A stretch of 64,000 bases of DNA from contig JBOEGD010000005.1 of assembly GCA_050633245.1 (NCBI GenBank), positions 60,076-124,075 on the forward strand, read 5' to 3'. The translations under genes and the position numbers were made by a program. The stretch is from Calditrichia bacterium. GTDB taxonomy: Bacteria; Calditrichota; Calditrichia; RBG-13-44-9; J075. Positions 51,739 to 60,893 of this stretch are shown piece after piece. Numbering within the stretch: position 1 is the first letter of the stretch; each line of letters opens with the position of its first letter. The notes under the pieces were generated by a model, which was not told where the DNA came from, ran no database searches, and saw only the letters and a program-made list of their open reading frames with translations.

Positions 51739-53520
51739 ATGTCTCTTCTGAGTTTGCGCGATGTAAGCATTGCCTTTGGTGGCCCATCTATCCTGGAATC
51801 GATTACGTTGCAGGTTGCTCCAGGCGAACGCGTATGTATCGTGGGGCGCAATGGTGAAGGAAAATCGACGTTGCTGAAGCTAATATCTGGTGATCTTAAA
51901 CCGGATAATGGTGAGGTTTGGTTGCGTCCGCATACCCGTGTTGCCCGACTTACACAGGAAGTGCCGAATGATATTCGCGGTAGCGTTCACGAAGTAATTA
52001 GTGAAGGCATTATTCGCAGCTCAGATGAGGATTGGGAAGGAATTCATCTGGTAGATAAGTTAATCGATCAGATGGATTTGGATGGCGAATTCCAGTTTGA
52101 GCTTCTCTCTGCGGGAATGAAAAGGAGAGTATTGCTTGCGCGGCAACTTGCCGGTGACCCCGATTTACTGCTGCTCGATGAACCAACGAACCATCTTGAC
52201 ATACCATCTATTCAGTGGCTGGAGACTTTTCTACAGCGCTACAACAAAACGCTCGTATTCATTACTCACGATCGCGTATTTTTACAGGCGCTAACCAGCC
52301 GAATTCTTGAAATCGATCGCGGTCGCATTAGCGATTGGGATTGTGACTACAAAACGTACCTGCTTCGCAAAGAGGCTCTTCTTGAAAATGAGGCAAAGGA
52401 ACATGCGCTGTTCGATAAGCGGCTTGCGCAAGAGGAAGTGTGGATTCGGCAGGGGATCAAGGCGCGTCGCAAGCGCAGTCAGGCGCGTATTCGCCAGCTG
52501 AAGAATATGCGTGAAGAGCGTCGCAATCGACGTTTGCAAAAAGGTACTGCAAATCTACAACTTCAGGAAGCTGAAAAATCCGGCAAGCTGGTTTGTAAGG
52601 CAAATAACATCAGTTTTTCCTATGGCGATGAGACAATCATTCGCGATTTCTCCACAACGATTATACGCGGAGATCGAATTGGAATTATCGGGCCAAATGG
52701 AGCCGGTAAAAGTACGCTTATTCAACTATTGCTTGGCAAGCTCTATCCTCAATCCGGTGATATTCATCTTGGGGTAAGACTGCAAACTGCCTTTTTCGAG
52801 CAGCTCCGAAGCGAATTGAATGATGAGGAATCTGTTCAGGAGAGCATTGGCGAAGGCAAAGACATGATCGAGATTAATGGCACCAAGCGACACGTTATCA
52901 GTTATCTGCAAGACTTCCTCTTTTCGCCAGAGCAAGCTTGTTCTCCCGTCGCTACGCTAAGCGGTGGAGAGCGCAATCGCTTGTTGCTTGCAAGACTATT
53001 TACCCGCCCATCCAACTTGCTGATAATGGATGAACCGACTAACGATCTTGATATCGAAACGCTTGAGTTGCTGGAAGATAAGCTACTTGAATATCCCGGC
53101 ACGTTATTGCTGGTTAGCCACGACCGTGAATTTATTGATCAGGTTGTTACCAGCACGTTTGCTTTTGAGGGCGATGGTGTTGTGAAGGAATATGTTGGCG
53201 GCTATACCGATTGGTTGCGACAAACAAAGGCCACCAAGGTTGAAGTTGTTGTTGAAGAAAAAGCTGCTAAGAAAGTTGAAAAACCGTCGGCCAAGTCTCG
53301 CAAGCTTAGCAACAAGGAACGTGAAGCGCTGGAAGCCTTACCCAAACTGATTGAAAGCCTCGAAACCGAGCAAGCCAAAATCTTTGAGCAGCTCGGAGAT
53401 CCAGCATTCTACCAAACACGCGCTGCGGAGGCCGCTGAGCTTCAGGCTCGTCTGGAAGAGATAAAGCAGGAAATGGAGAAGGCCTTTGAACGGTGGTCAG
53501 AATTGGAGGAGGGGAAATGA
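51739..53520 (+). CDS. uup: ABC-F ATPase Uup
   Basis: Two ABC domains, EEVWIRQGIKARR linker, C-terminal KLSNKE...RWSELE. Confidence 0.92.
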   Translation: MSLLSLRDVSIAFGGPSILESITLQVAPGERVCIVGRNGEGKSTLLKLISGDLKPDNGEVWLRPHTRVARLTQEVPNDIRGSVHEVISEGIIRSSDEDWEGIHLVDKLIDQMDLDGEFQFELLSAGMKRRVLLARQLAGDPDLLLLDEPTNHLDIPSIQWLETFLQRYNKTLVFITHDRVFLQALTSRILEIDRGRISDWDCDYKTYLLRKEALLENEAKEHALFDKRLAQEEVWIRQGIKARRKRSQARIRQLKNMREERRNRRLQKGTANLQLQEAEKSGKLVCKANNISFSYGDETIIRDFSTTIIRGDRIGIIGPNGAGKSTLIQLLLGKLYPQSGDIHLGVRLQTAFFEQLRSELNDEESVQESIGEGKDMIEINGTKRHVISYLQDFLFSPEQACSPVATLSGGERNRLLLARLFTRPSNLLIMDEPTNDLDIETLELLEDKLLEYPGTLLLVSHDREFIDQVVTSTFAFEGDGVVKEYVGGYTDWLRQTKATKVEVVVEEKAAKKVEKPSAKSRKLSNKEREALEALPKLIESLETEQAKIFEQLGDPAFYQTRAAEAAELQARLEEIKQEMEKAFERWSELEEGK

Positions 53521-53592
53521 CATTGTCAATTGTTCATTGCTAATTGTAAGTCGCATCGTTGATCAATTGCCAATGGGCATTAGTCAATCGTG
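53520..53592. repeat. Degenerate heptamer array after uup
   Basis: CATTGT CAATTGT TCATTGC TAATTGT ... CAATTGC CAATGGG CATTAGT CAATCGT. Confidence 0.45.
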
Positions 53593-53773
53593 AGGGTCAA
53601 TTCAAAATCCTTGACTTTTGCCTGCAAATCAGTTTATATAGACCTTCCATTTCAAAAGGCGCACAAAAATTTGCGGCATAGATTACGGCATTTGCCGAAA
53701 GGCAGCTTATTTTACTACTGCCGGTCGCATTAAGAATTCCATATGAATTAAACGTATACAGAAGGAATATGTT

Positions 53774-54280
53774 ATGAGTGATCTAAAGGCGGTAATGAAG
53801 ACCAATAAAGGTACCATAAACCTGACTCTTTTTGCAGATAAAACGCCAGTTACGGTTGCCAGCTTTGTTAATCTTGTTCAGCGTGGCTTTTATAATGGAC
53901 TGTCTTTTCACCGGGTTATTCCAGACTTTATGGTTCAAGGTGGATGTCCACAGGGAACGGGGACTGGTGGCCCGGGTTATCGTTTTCAGGATGAGTTCGA
54001 CTCGACTCTGCGACATAGCAAGCCGGGGATCCTTTCGATGGCCAATGCCGGACCGGGAACAAATGGAAGTCAGTTTTTTATCACCCACGTCGTAACGGAT
54101 TGGCTGGATAATAAGCATTCCGTTTTTGGCGAGGTTGTTAGCGATAGCGACATGGCTGTGGTAAACAGCATTGCGCAGGGCGACTCTATTGAGTCGGTTA
54201 CTATTGAAGGCGATGCTACTGAGCTTCTGGCAGCTCAAAGCGAGTTTGTTTCTATTTGGAATGACGCACTTGATGGCTAA
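53774..54280 (+). CDS. Cyclophilin-type peptidyl-prolyl isomerase
   Basis: [39 protein letters not shown]. Confidence 0.95.
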   Translation: MSDLKAVMKTNKGTINLTLFADKTPVTVASFVNLVQRGFYNGLSFHRVIPDFMVQGGCPQGTGTGGPGYRFQDEFDSTLRHSKPGILSMANAGPGTNGSQFFITHVVTDWLDNKHSVFGEVVSDSDMAVVNSIAQGDSIESVTIEGDATELLAAQSEFVSIWNDALDG

Positions 54281-54297
54281 TTGAACCAGATTTTTTG

Positions 54298-54330
54298 CAG
54301 CGAAGACTGTCATTGGTCTTCGCTGTTTTT
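54298..54330 (+). terminator. Intrinsic terminator
   Basis: CAGCGAAGAC-N8-GTCTTCGCTG followed by a T-run. Confidence 0.85.
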
Positions 54331-54438
54331 ATTTATAGCAATCCTACATCACCGCAATTTTCGGAAGCTTCGAGCTTCCACCTTGCTCCTGCAGTGGCTC
54401 CAGGCTTCCTGCAAGACATACTATATAGGGGAAATGAA

Positions 54439-54879
54439 ATGAAGCGCATGCTGATTTTGTTAGCATTTGTTTTGGCATCCTGTGCCTCAAACCCGCCGGA
54501 CTATTCTGGTGGAAAGATTCCGTTTGATCAACAGTCGATCGACGCAAAGTTAATACCTATTTTCCCGGAAAATATTCCGGAGCAGACAGAAGCCTCGATT
54601 GAGGGAGAAAGCAGGCGAACCTTTTCACTTATTCCAAGTCGCAAATCGTTTGATCTTATCTCCGACTATCGCTTCGTTACCTACGTCTCGGGAATATTGT
54701 CTATCGATGTATTTGCTCTTGATGGTCGGCTGGTTAGCAATGTGTTTAGTGGACCGTTGGAAGCCGGTGCATACGATATTGAATTTCTTGAGAAGCAGCT
54801 AAACTCGGGTGTTTTTGTCATGCGTTATCGTTTGGAAGCTCACCAGCAACTCTTTCGTACCATATTATTAAACGAGTAG
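54439..54879 (+). CDS. Lipoprotein ending in a sorting-domain-like Ig fold
   Basis: ATG 54439; LASC lipobox; IDVFALDGRLV...LEAGAY...LNSGVFVMR. Confidence 0.75.
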   Translation: MKRMLILLAFVLASCASNPPDYSGGKIPFDQQSIDAKLIPIFPENIPEQTEASIEGESRRTFSLIPSRKSFDLISDYRFVTYVSGILSIDVFALDGRLVSNVFSGPLEAGAYDIEFLEKQLNSGVFVMRYRLEAHQQLFRTILLNE

Positions 54880-55117
54880 CACGATTTTGAAATTCATGTC
54901 CCTTCACTTACTATTGAAGAGATGAATGTAGTACTGCTTAAATTTGCCCAAGCTGTGGAAATGTGGTAACAAGACGTACTACAGAACCTGTTGCGAAGCT
55001 TTATTGAGGCGACTATCTTACTTGTAGTGTTTTACTTTATTTTGATGCAATTTCGAGCACTCCTGTTTTAAGGGCCTTTAGAGTTTAAAGTGGATCTATT
55101 AGTCAGGAAATACTAAG

Positions 55118-55459
55118 ATGAATGACAAAGAACGAGCCATGTTAAAGCAGGTGCTTATGTCTGAGCTGGAGAATATGCGTTACGATGTTTCGCGCCTGGA
55201 AGAGCTTACCCAACCGGTGGCACCGGATAATGCTATTGGTCGATTAAGTCGAATGGAGGCCTTGAATAGCAAAAGCGTGAACGAAGCTGCGCTGGAATCC
55301 GCTATTGCGCGTCTGGGGAAGCTGGAGCAGGCCGCTGCAAAGGTGGATAGCGACGACTTTGGTAAGTGCCAGAAATGCGGTAACCCGATACCTGTAAAGC
55401 GCCTAATGGTTGTGCCGGAATCTACTCGCTGCATGTCCTGCGTAAAAACCCGAATATAA
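55118..55459 (+). CDS. TraR/DksA C4 zinc-finger protein
   Basis: Coiled coil; FGKCQKCGNPI..RL..VP...RCMSC. Confidence 0.9.
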   Translation: MNDKERAMLKQVLMSELENMRYDVSRLEELTQPVAPDNAIGRLSRMEALNSKSVNEAALESAIARLGKLEQAAAKVDSDDFGKCQKCGNPIPVKRLMVVPESTRCMSCVKTRI

Positions 55460-55799
55460 AGTCGGAAACCCTCAACTGAACGTATTGTTCCAATACCTTC
55501 ACACAAGTATGAGTTGTTTCTTCCCGCTTTATCCTTGTTTGCACAATCCAGAATACGTTTATGATTCCTGCCAGGTTTGCGGCAGAAATAGCCGTTCGCT
55601 TGTCAATTCAAAAATTTCACGATATACAACATGTTTAACCTATATCACAGCGTTATTGAACGCTATTTCTAAATTTATTGCAGTAAGCGAAGGCTGCGTG
55701 AAACAGATTCAATCTAGTTCCGACTTTCGAATGCGAACAATGATGGGTATAATTCATTGAAGCTATAGAGTAAATAAACTCAGGTCTCAGGATAGAATT

Positions 55800-56372
55800 A
55801 TGATGCCACAACAAGAGATAACTCAGCTTTTAGGCCAGCTTAGCAATGGCAATAAAGGTGCCGTCGATGCGTTAATGCCGTTGGTCTATAGTGGGCTCCA
55901 GCAGATTGCCCAGCGTCATTTGCGAGGAGAGCGAGCAGGTCATACGTTGAACACAACGGCATTGGTTCACGAAGCGTATATGAAAATGGTGGATCAGAGT
56001 CGAGTTACCTGGCAAAATCGCGCTCATTTCTACGCCATTTCGTCTCAGGCCATGCGCCGTATTTTGATTAATTATGCAGAGAGCCGTAATGCTCAAAAGC
56101 GTGGTGGTGGTCAACCTATAGCAACATTTAATGAAGAGGCGTATTTACGGGAAGCGCGTACCGATGATCTGTTGGCATTAGACGATGCGCTAAAACGTCT
56201 TGAAAAAATGAACGAACGTCAAAGCCGCATTGTGGAGTTCCGTTTCTTCGGTGGCCTTACCCAAGAAGAAATTGCCGAGGCACTGGACGTCTCTGTGGCG
56301 ACGGTGCGATTGGATTGGCGAATGGCGCGGGCCTGGCTTAGTCGCGAGCTCAACCAACAGCCGTCCTCTTAA
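55800..56372 (+). CDS. ECF sigma factor, kinase-associated type (TIGR02999/ECF43-like)
   Basis: EITQLL, HTLNTTALVHEAY, WQNRAHF, KRGGG, RFFGGL, DWRMARAWL. Confidence 0.92.
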   Translation: MMPQQEITQLLGQLSNGNKGAVDALMPLVYSGLQQIAQRHLRGERAGHTLNTTALVHEAYMKMVDQSRVTWQNRAHFYAISSQAMRRILINYAESRNAQKRGGGQPIATFNEEAYLREARTDDLLALDDALKRLEKMNERQSRIVEFRFFGGLTQEEIAEALDVSVATVRLDWRMARAWLSRELNQQPSS

Positions 56373-56414
56373 TACATCTTCCATAAATATACACGACCTA
56401 CTGCGAAGGTTCTT

Positions 56415-56894
56415 ATGGCATTACGCATAATTCTCTTCCTAACGATATCTCTTTCAATATTATTTGCTCAGGTTGGCCTCGACGATGTGGATGCCTTAAA
56501 TAAGCATAAAGTGGCATTAGTTAATATCGAAGCAAAGCTGGAAGCACGATATAAAGCGATGCGCGATACGGAAAAGCTGAGTCTGCTTCCGGTGAAAACG
56601 CTAATCGCTCAGCAGCAGGTTCATTTGCTCTATCTGCCTGAGCTGCTTATTATTCACATTGCCACGGGTGGGCAGGGGGCAATCTTTGCCGCGGTGTTAA
56701 AGCAAAAGGTGAAAGCTGCTTCGGTTTCATTAGATGGGGAATTGCATTTGTTGAACAATGCGCTTGCAAGTGCGCGTAAGGTCGAAGATGTAGAGTTGTT
56801 GCGAATCTTACAGGAAAGTTTGCTCGCCTTGCAAAGCACTTATGATGACATCATTATGCGTATGCCGATCTATAAGGGGCATTTTGAGGAATAA
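56415..56894 (+). CDS. Hypothetical exported helical protein
   Basis: Signal peptide; 159 aa. Confidence 0.7.
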   Translation: MALRIILFLTISLSILFAQVGLDDVDALNKHKVALVNIEAKLEARYKAMRDTEKLSLLPVKTLIAQQQVHLLYLPELLIIHIATGGQGAIFAAVLKQKVKAASVSLDGELHLLNNALASARKVEDVELLRILQESLLALQSTYDDIIMRMPIYKGHFEE

Positions 56895-56926
56895 AAAAGG
56901 CCGATTCATTACTGAATCGACCTTTT
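56895..56926. terminator. Bidirectional terminator between convergent genes
   Basis: AAAAGGCCGATTCA-TTAC-TGAATCGACCTTTT. Confidence 0.75.
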
Positions 56927-56950
56927 AAATTTTTGCCTGACGGCTTACCG

Positions 56951-57838
56951 TTACATCACCACTAAACCTTCAGTGTTAGCGTTTGCCAACTTCTTCAGAT
57001 TCAGGTTGTTGTGAATCAACACAGCGCGCTGTAGCATTGGCTGAGTAATTGTGCATCGCACAAACTTTCCACCAACAATTTGTGTTTCGCGCATAATTGG
57101 CTTTGCCAGCTTACAGTTGTCAAAAACGGAATCACGAATCATTGCGGTTCCAAACCGGCAATTCTGTAGATGATCCGTCTTAAACTCGCAGTCGTCGATT
57201 ACACATCCGATAAAGTTAACCTGTTTCAGATCGCTCATTGAAAACTGGCTACTGTAGAACTGACTTCCGGAGCAGAGCGCATTGTCGAGCTTGCTGTCAA
57301 TAACACGCAGGTTGTCGAAGTAGCTCATCATGAAGTTACCATCGGTTATCGAAACCGAATTGAGCTCAACATTTTTCCAGAACGTATTCTTGAGATCAGC
57401 AGATTTGATATACAGATTCTCGAACCGGCAATCTTTAATTTTCAAAAGATTGGCCTCTACCAAAGACATGTCGACGTCTAAGAAGTCTGAATCGACAATG
57501 ATGGCGCCACTCAGTGTGGTTTGAACCATCTTCGTATGGTAGAATTTACAGCCCTGAAAGAAACAGCGCTTGAAATTGGCGTTCGTCAAATTTGTATTAG
57601 TAAAATCGACATTAATAAATACCGAGCTAACAAAAGACGCGCTACGTAAATCCAGATTGGACAGGTCGAAACCCTCAAGGACAATTTTGTCCAGTGATAC
57701 CGGGGCTACCGAGTTCTCAATATTTCCGCGAAGCTTCTTTAAATAGGCTTTCTTGTCCGGAATATGCTGCCAGCAGTAGTGAGTGAATGAGATTGGTTTA
57801 AACGGGCATCCGTCAATGGCACATTTATGATAGGACAT
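56951..57838 (-). CDS. Pentapeptide repeat protein with N-terminal Cys/His knuckle
   Basis: CAIDGC...YCWQH followed by long xxFxx/xxLxx pentapeptide runs. Confidence 0.88.
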   Translation of the reverse strand: MSYHKCAIDGCPFKPISFTHYCWQHIPDKKAYLKKLRGNIENSVAPVSLDKIVLEGFDLSNLDLRSASFVSSVFINVDFTNTNLTNANFKRCFFQGCKFYHTKMVQTTLSGAIIVDSDFLDVDMSLVEANLLKIKDCRFENLYIKSADLKNTFWKNVELNSVSITDGNFMMSYFDNLRVIDSKLDNALCSGSQFYSSQFSMSDLKQVNFIGCVIDDCEFKTDHLQNCRFGTAMIRDSVFDNCKLAKPIMRETQIVGGKFVRCTITQPMLQRAVLIHNNLNLKKLANANTEGLVVM

Positions 57839-58038
57839 AGAACTTCCCTCTGTTAAAATAGTCGCTAGTTCCCCAACTTACCTTGCATTTCAGCCTAAAA
57901 TTATAGTTAATAAATCCTTCTATATCAACAAAAAAATAAAATAAATGTTTCTATCTGAAAAAAACTTGTTTAATTTCCCGGCCTTTTTTTTGTAGTTTGA
58001 TGACAATTGGTATTGATTAGTTACACGTCTGGATATTT

Positions 58039-59289
58039 ATGAACATCAAAAATCTGTCCCTCAAGCAGTCTGGTCAAATGCGTAACCAACTTCTCTTGGT
58101 GTCCCTGTGTATATTTTGTTTCGTATTACCCTGGTCTCTGGCTTTGATGCAAATTGGCCTTGTTCTTACTATGCTTTCAGCGATTTTTATACATGTAACT
58201 GAAAAACGCCGCTTGGTTTTTCATCCGACCTTGATTTTAATGCTCGTTTATATTCTCTTTCGATTTATATCCATTGCTCTAAGCCCTGATATTTCAAAGT
58301 CGATGCGAGCCACTTTTCAACAAGACTGGCCGCTTTTGGCTGTACCGCTTCTTGCAAGTGTTCAGCTCAATGCAAAGAGCTGGCGCACTGTTTTAACCGT
58401 TCTTTTGGTGTCGGCCACACTTGTTTCTCTCTATGGCTTATTGCAAACGTTTCAGGGGTTCGAATATTTTCGTGGAAAAGCGCTGGACCCTGTGGGAACA
58501 AACCCGGTAGCCACGTTCTATCGTGCTACCGGAGGGTATAATATTTGTCTCACGTATGCGGGTAATCAGCTCATGTTTTTTGCCTTCATCCTGGGTCTTC
58601 TTTTAATTCGCTCTGATAAAGACAAGGTTAACCTGCTTCACCTTGGAATGTTTGCCCTGCTTTTCTTAAGTATTGTTGGCACATTCGCCAGAAGTGCCTG
58701 GTTGGGAATTGTGCTCTGTATCGTTGTTGGTACTTTTTTTGTCAACCGACGGCTGTTTGTCTTCTCATCATTGGGGCTTTTGCTTATCGGCGTAGTAGCA
58801 TCGCTTGTATTTCCGGATATTCGCGGTCGCCTGACAAGTATTTTTGACTTGTCTCTAAATGAAGCTCGTCTAAACCTTTGGCATACATCGCTAAAAATGA
58901 TTCTGGATAATCCGTTTGCAGGTATTGGGCCCGGATTGTTTAATCACGTTTTTGAGTCTTACAGAGTTCCCGGACATTATGCTTATTTAGGTCATTCGCA
59001 CAATGATTTCCTGAACCTTGCGGCTAATAGTGGATTACCGGCGCTTATTGCCTGGATCGCAATTTGGGTAAGTGTTATATCGTCTATGTTTAAAAGCGTC
59101 TATAACTCCGCAAAAACACTTTTTCAAAGGCAAGTCGTTTTCGGATGCCTTCTTGCAATAGTTGCGATATGGTTTTCTTCTTTCTTTCAGTGTTACTATA
59201 CTGATTTAGAAAACAATATTGCTTGGCTTTTCTTTACCGGTCTTGGTTTAAATGCTACGATACAAACTTGGAATGATCAGGAGAGTTAA
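58039..59289 (+). CDS. O-antigen ligase (Wzy_C) family protein
   Basis: Multi-TM; TFARSAW, R..LW, GIGPG, HSHNDFL. Confidence 0.9.
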   Translation: MNIKNLSLKQSGQMRNQLLLVSLCIFCFVLPWSLALMQIGLVLTMLSAIFIHVTEKRRLVFHPTLILMLVYILFRFISIALSPDISKSMRATFQQDWPLLAVPLLASVQLNAKSWRTVLTVLLVSATLVSLYGLLQTFQGFEYFRGKALDPVGTNPVATFYRATGGYNICLTYAGNQLMFFAFILGLLLIRSDKDKVNLLHLGMFALLFLSIVGTFARSAWLGIVLCIVVGTFFVNRRLFVFSSLGLLLIGVVASLVFPDIRGRLTSIFDLSLNEARLNLWHTSLKMILDNPFAGIGPGLFNHVFESYRVPGHYAYLGHSHNDFLNLAANSGLPALIAWIAIWVSVISSMFKSVYNSAKTLFQRQVVFGCLLAIVAIWFSSFFQCYYTDLENNIAWLFFTGLGLNATIQTWNDQES

Positions 59290-60698
59290 TTTTGTTTAAA
59301 GCGGGCGAGAGTTTTATGCCAGGTGCTACTTAGGAGGTTTTTAGGCAATACCCCAAGCCAGTTAAGAAGAACAAGATAAAGAAGTATAAACATCAAACAC
59401 TGTCCGAATACCCCGTAATCCAGCCAAAAGCTTCCTGCTGCAACTATTGCTGAAAAACAGACCATCCATAGTGAGCGGCTCAACACGGAGATTCCGAGGA
59501 ACCTCCTGAGCCATATTACTCCGAGAACCGCCATCAAAAGCTCTGAAGCAATAGTCGCGATACCAGCTCCCAGTATGTCAAACGAGGGTATCAGTAAAGT
59601 ATTCAGGATAATATTTGTTAGCATCCCTGCAAGAACGAGCCCGGACATCCACATCTGTTTCCCGGATGAGTTTAATGCCGCGGCAAATGTAAATTTCAAG
59701 AACAAAAAACCCGATACAATGGACAACAGTTTAAACGCTGTGATGGCAGAATTAAACTCTTCTGGCAGCAAGAAGTGAATAATTGCAGGAGCCAGAGCAA
59801 ACAGAACAATGCTCAACGGAATGGCAACAGTAATCATCAGCTGAAATGATGTTTGAAAAGTCGCTACATACTTTTTTTTATGTTGAAGAAAAAGAAGTGA
59901 AGCCGCAGGTAATAAAGAGTTGTAGATATTCTCGGGTATAAAGGAAATACTTTCCAGTAGGCGACGTGCGGCATTATAATTTCCGGCAACGGAATCTCCA
60001 TGCAGCATTTTTAGCATGACGATATCAATACGGGTTGTTACGGTATCAAACGCAACAACCAGTGCAAATGGAAGGGCAATTTTTAGTAGCTGAGCAACCT
60101 TTTGATAATTAAATTGAATATTCCATGGGAAAAAGAACTTGCTGACCAGAATGCCTGCCAACAGCCACTTTAAAAATTGAACACAAGCAAGCCCCCAAAC
60201 AATATATAAAAGTGAATAGTTCAGCTGCCAGCAGATAAGAGTAACAAAAAACATTGCTGATCTTTCAAAAATCATAACAATTGTTTCATACTGCATTTTT
60301 TCGAATCCACGAAAAATGGCACAGCAGTAGCGTCCCCAGCTGTCAAAAACCAGATAGAAGCTTAAAGCAAAGAGGATGGAGCGTTCAAGAGCTGTAAAAC
60401 CGAGGAATACAGCAGAGCTATGCATAAGTAACAAGGTAAAAATTGCCAGCGGTAAAAGCATTCCTGTCGATTCGGCGGTAAATCGTTGAGCTTCTATTTT
60501 GTTTTGGGCGATGTTCTTTGTTAAAAGCGTGTCCAGGCCGGCATTTGTACAGACACGGAAAAGTATCATATAGGCCATTCCAAAGCTGAACAGCCCAAAT
60601 GTTTCGCTACCCAGATACCTTGTTAGAATCAGAAAGACAAGCAGGTTAAGCAGTTTTGAGAGTATGTGACCAATTGATAAGATCAGACTGTTTTTCAC
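59286..60698 (-). CDS. Polysaccharide flippase (Wzx-like)
   Basis: LTRYLG..FG, FRGFEKM, RID.VML, G.YNAA, LIP....GA.IAT. Confidence 0.9.
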   Translation of the reverse strand: MKNSLILSIGHILSKLLNLLVFLILTRYLGSETFGLFSFGMAYMILFRVCTNAGLDTLLTKNIAQNKIEAQRFTAESTGMLLPLAIFTLLLMHSSAVFLGFTALERSILFALSFYLVFDSWGRYCCAIFRGFEKMQYETIVMIFERSAMFFVTLICWQLNYSLLYIVWGLACVQFLKWLLAGILVSKFFFPWNIQFNYQKVAQLLKIALPFALVVAFDTVTTRIDIVMLKMLHGDSVAGNYNAARRLLESISFIPENIYNSLLPAASLLFLQHKKKYVATFQTSFQLMITVAIPLSIVLFALAPAIIHFLLPEEFNSAITAFKLLSIVSGFLFLKFTFAAALNSSGKQMWMSGLVLAGMLTNIILNTLLIPSFDILGAGIATIASELLMAVLGVIWLRRFLGISVLSRSLWMVCFSAIVAAGSFWLDYGVFGQCLMFILLYLVLLNWLGVLPKNLLSSTWHKTLARFKQN

Positions 60699-60893
60699 AA
60701 CGCGTTGTAATATAATTGGTCTCCCAAACCCCGGTGAAATGTTAGTAGGCGGTTTAGATTAGGGCATTTTCCACATTCAGTCAAGGGAATTTCGGCGAAT
60801 CGTATTGGCGTTTTGATTCATGCTGCTTTTATCCTAATTTAGAAGCCGATTTTTGAGTCTATTTATGTATTTGCCAGCAGAAGAAGGAAATTG

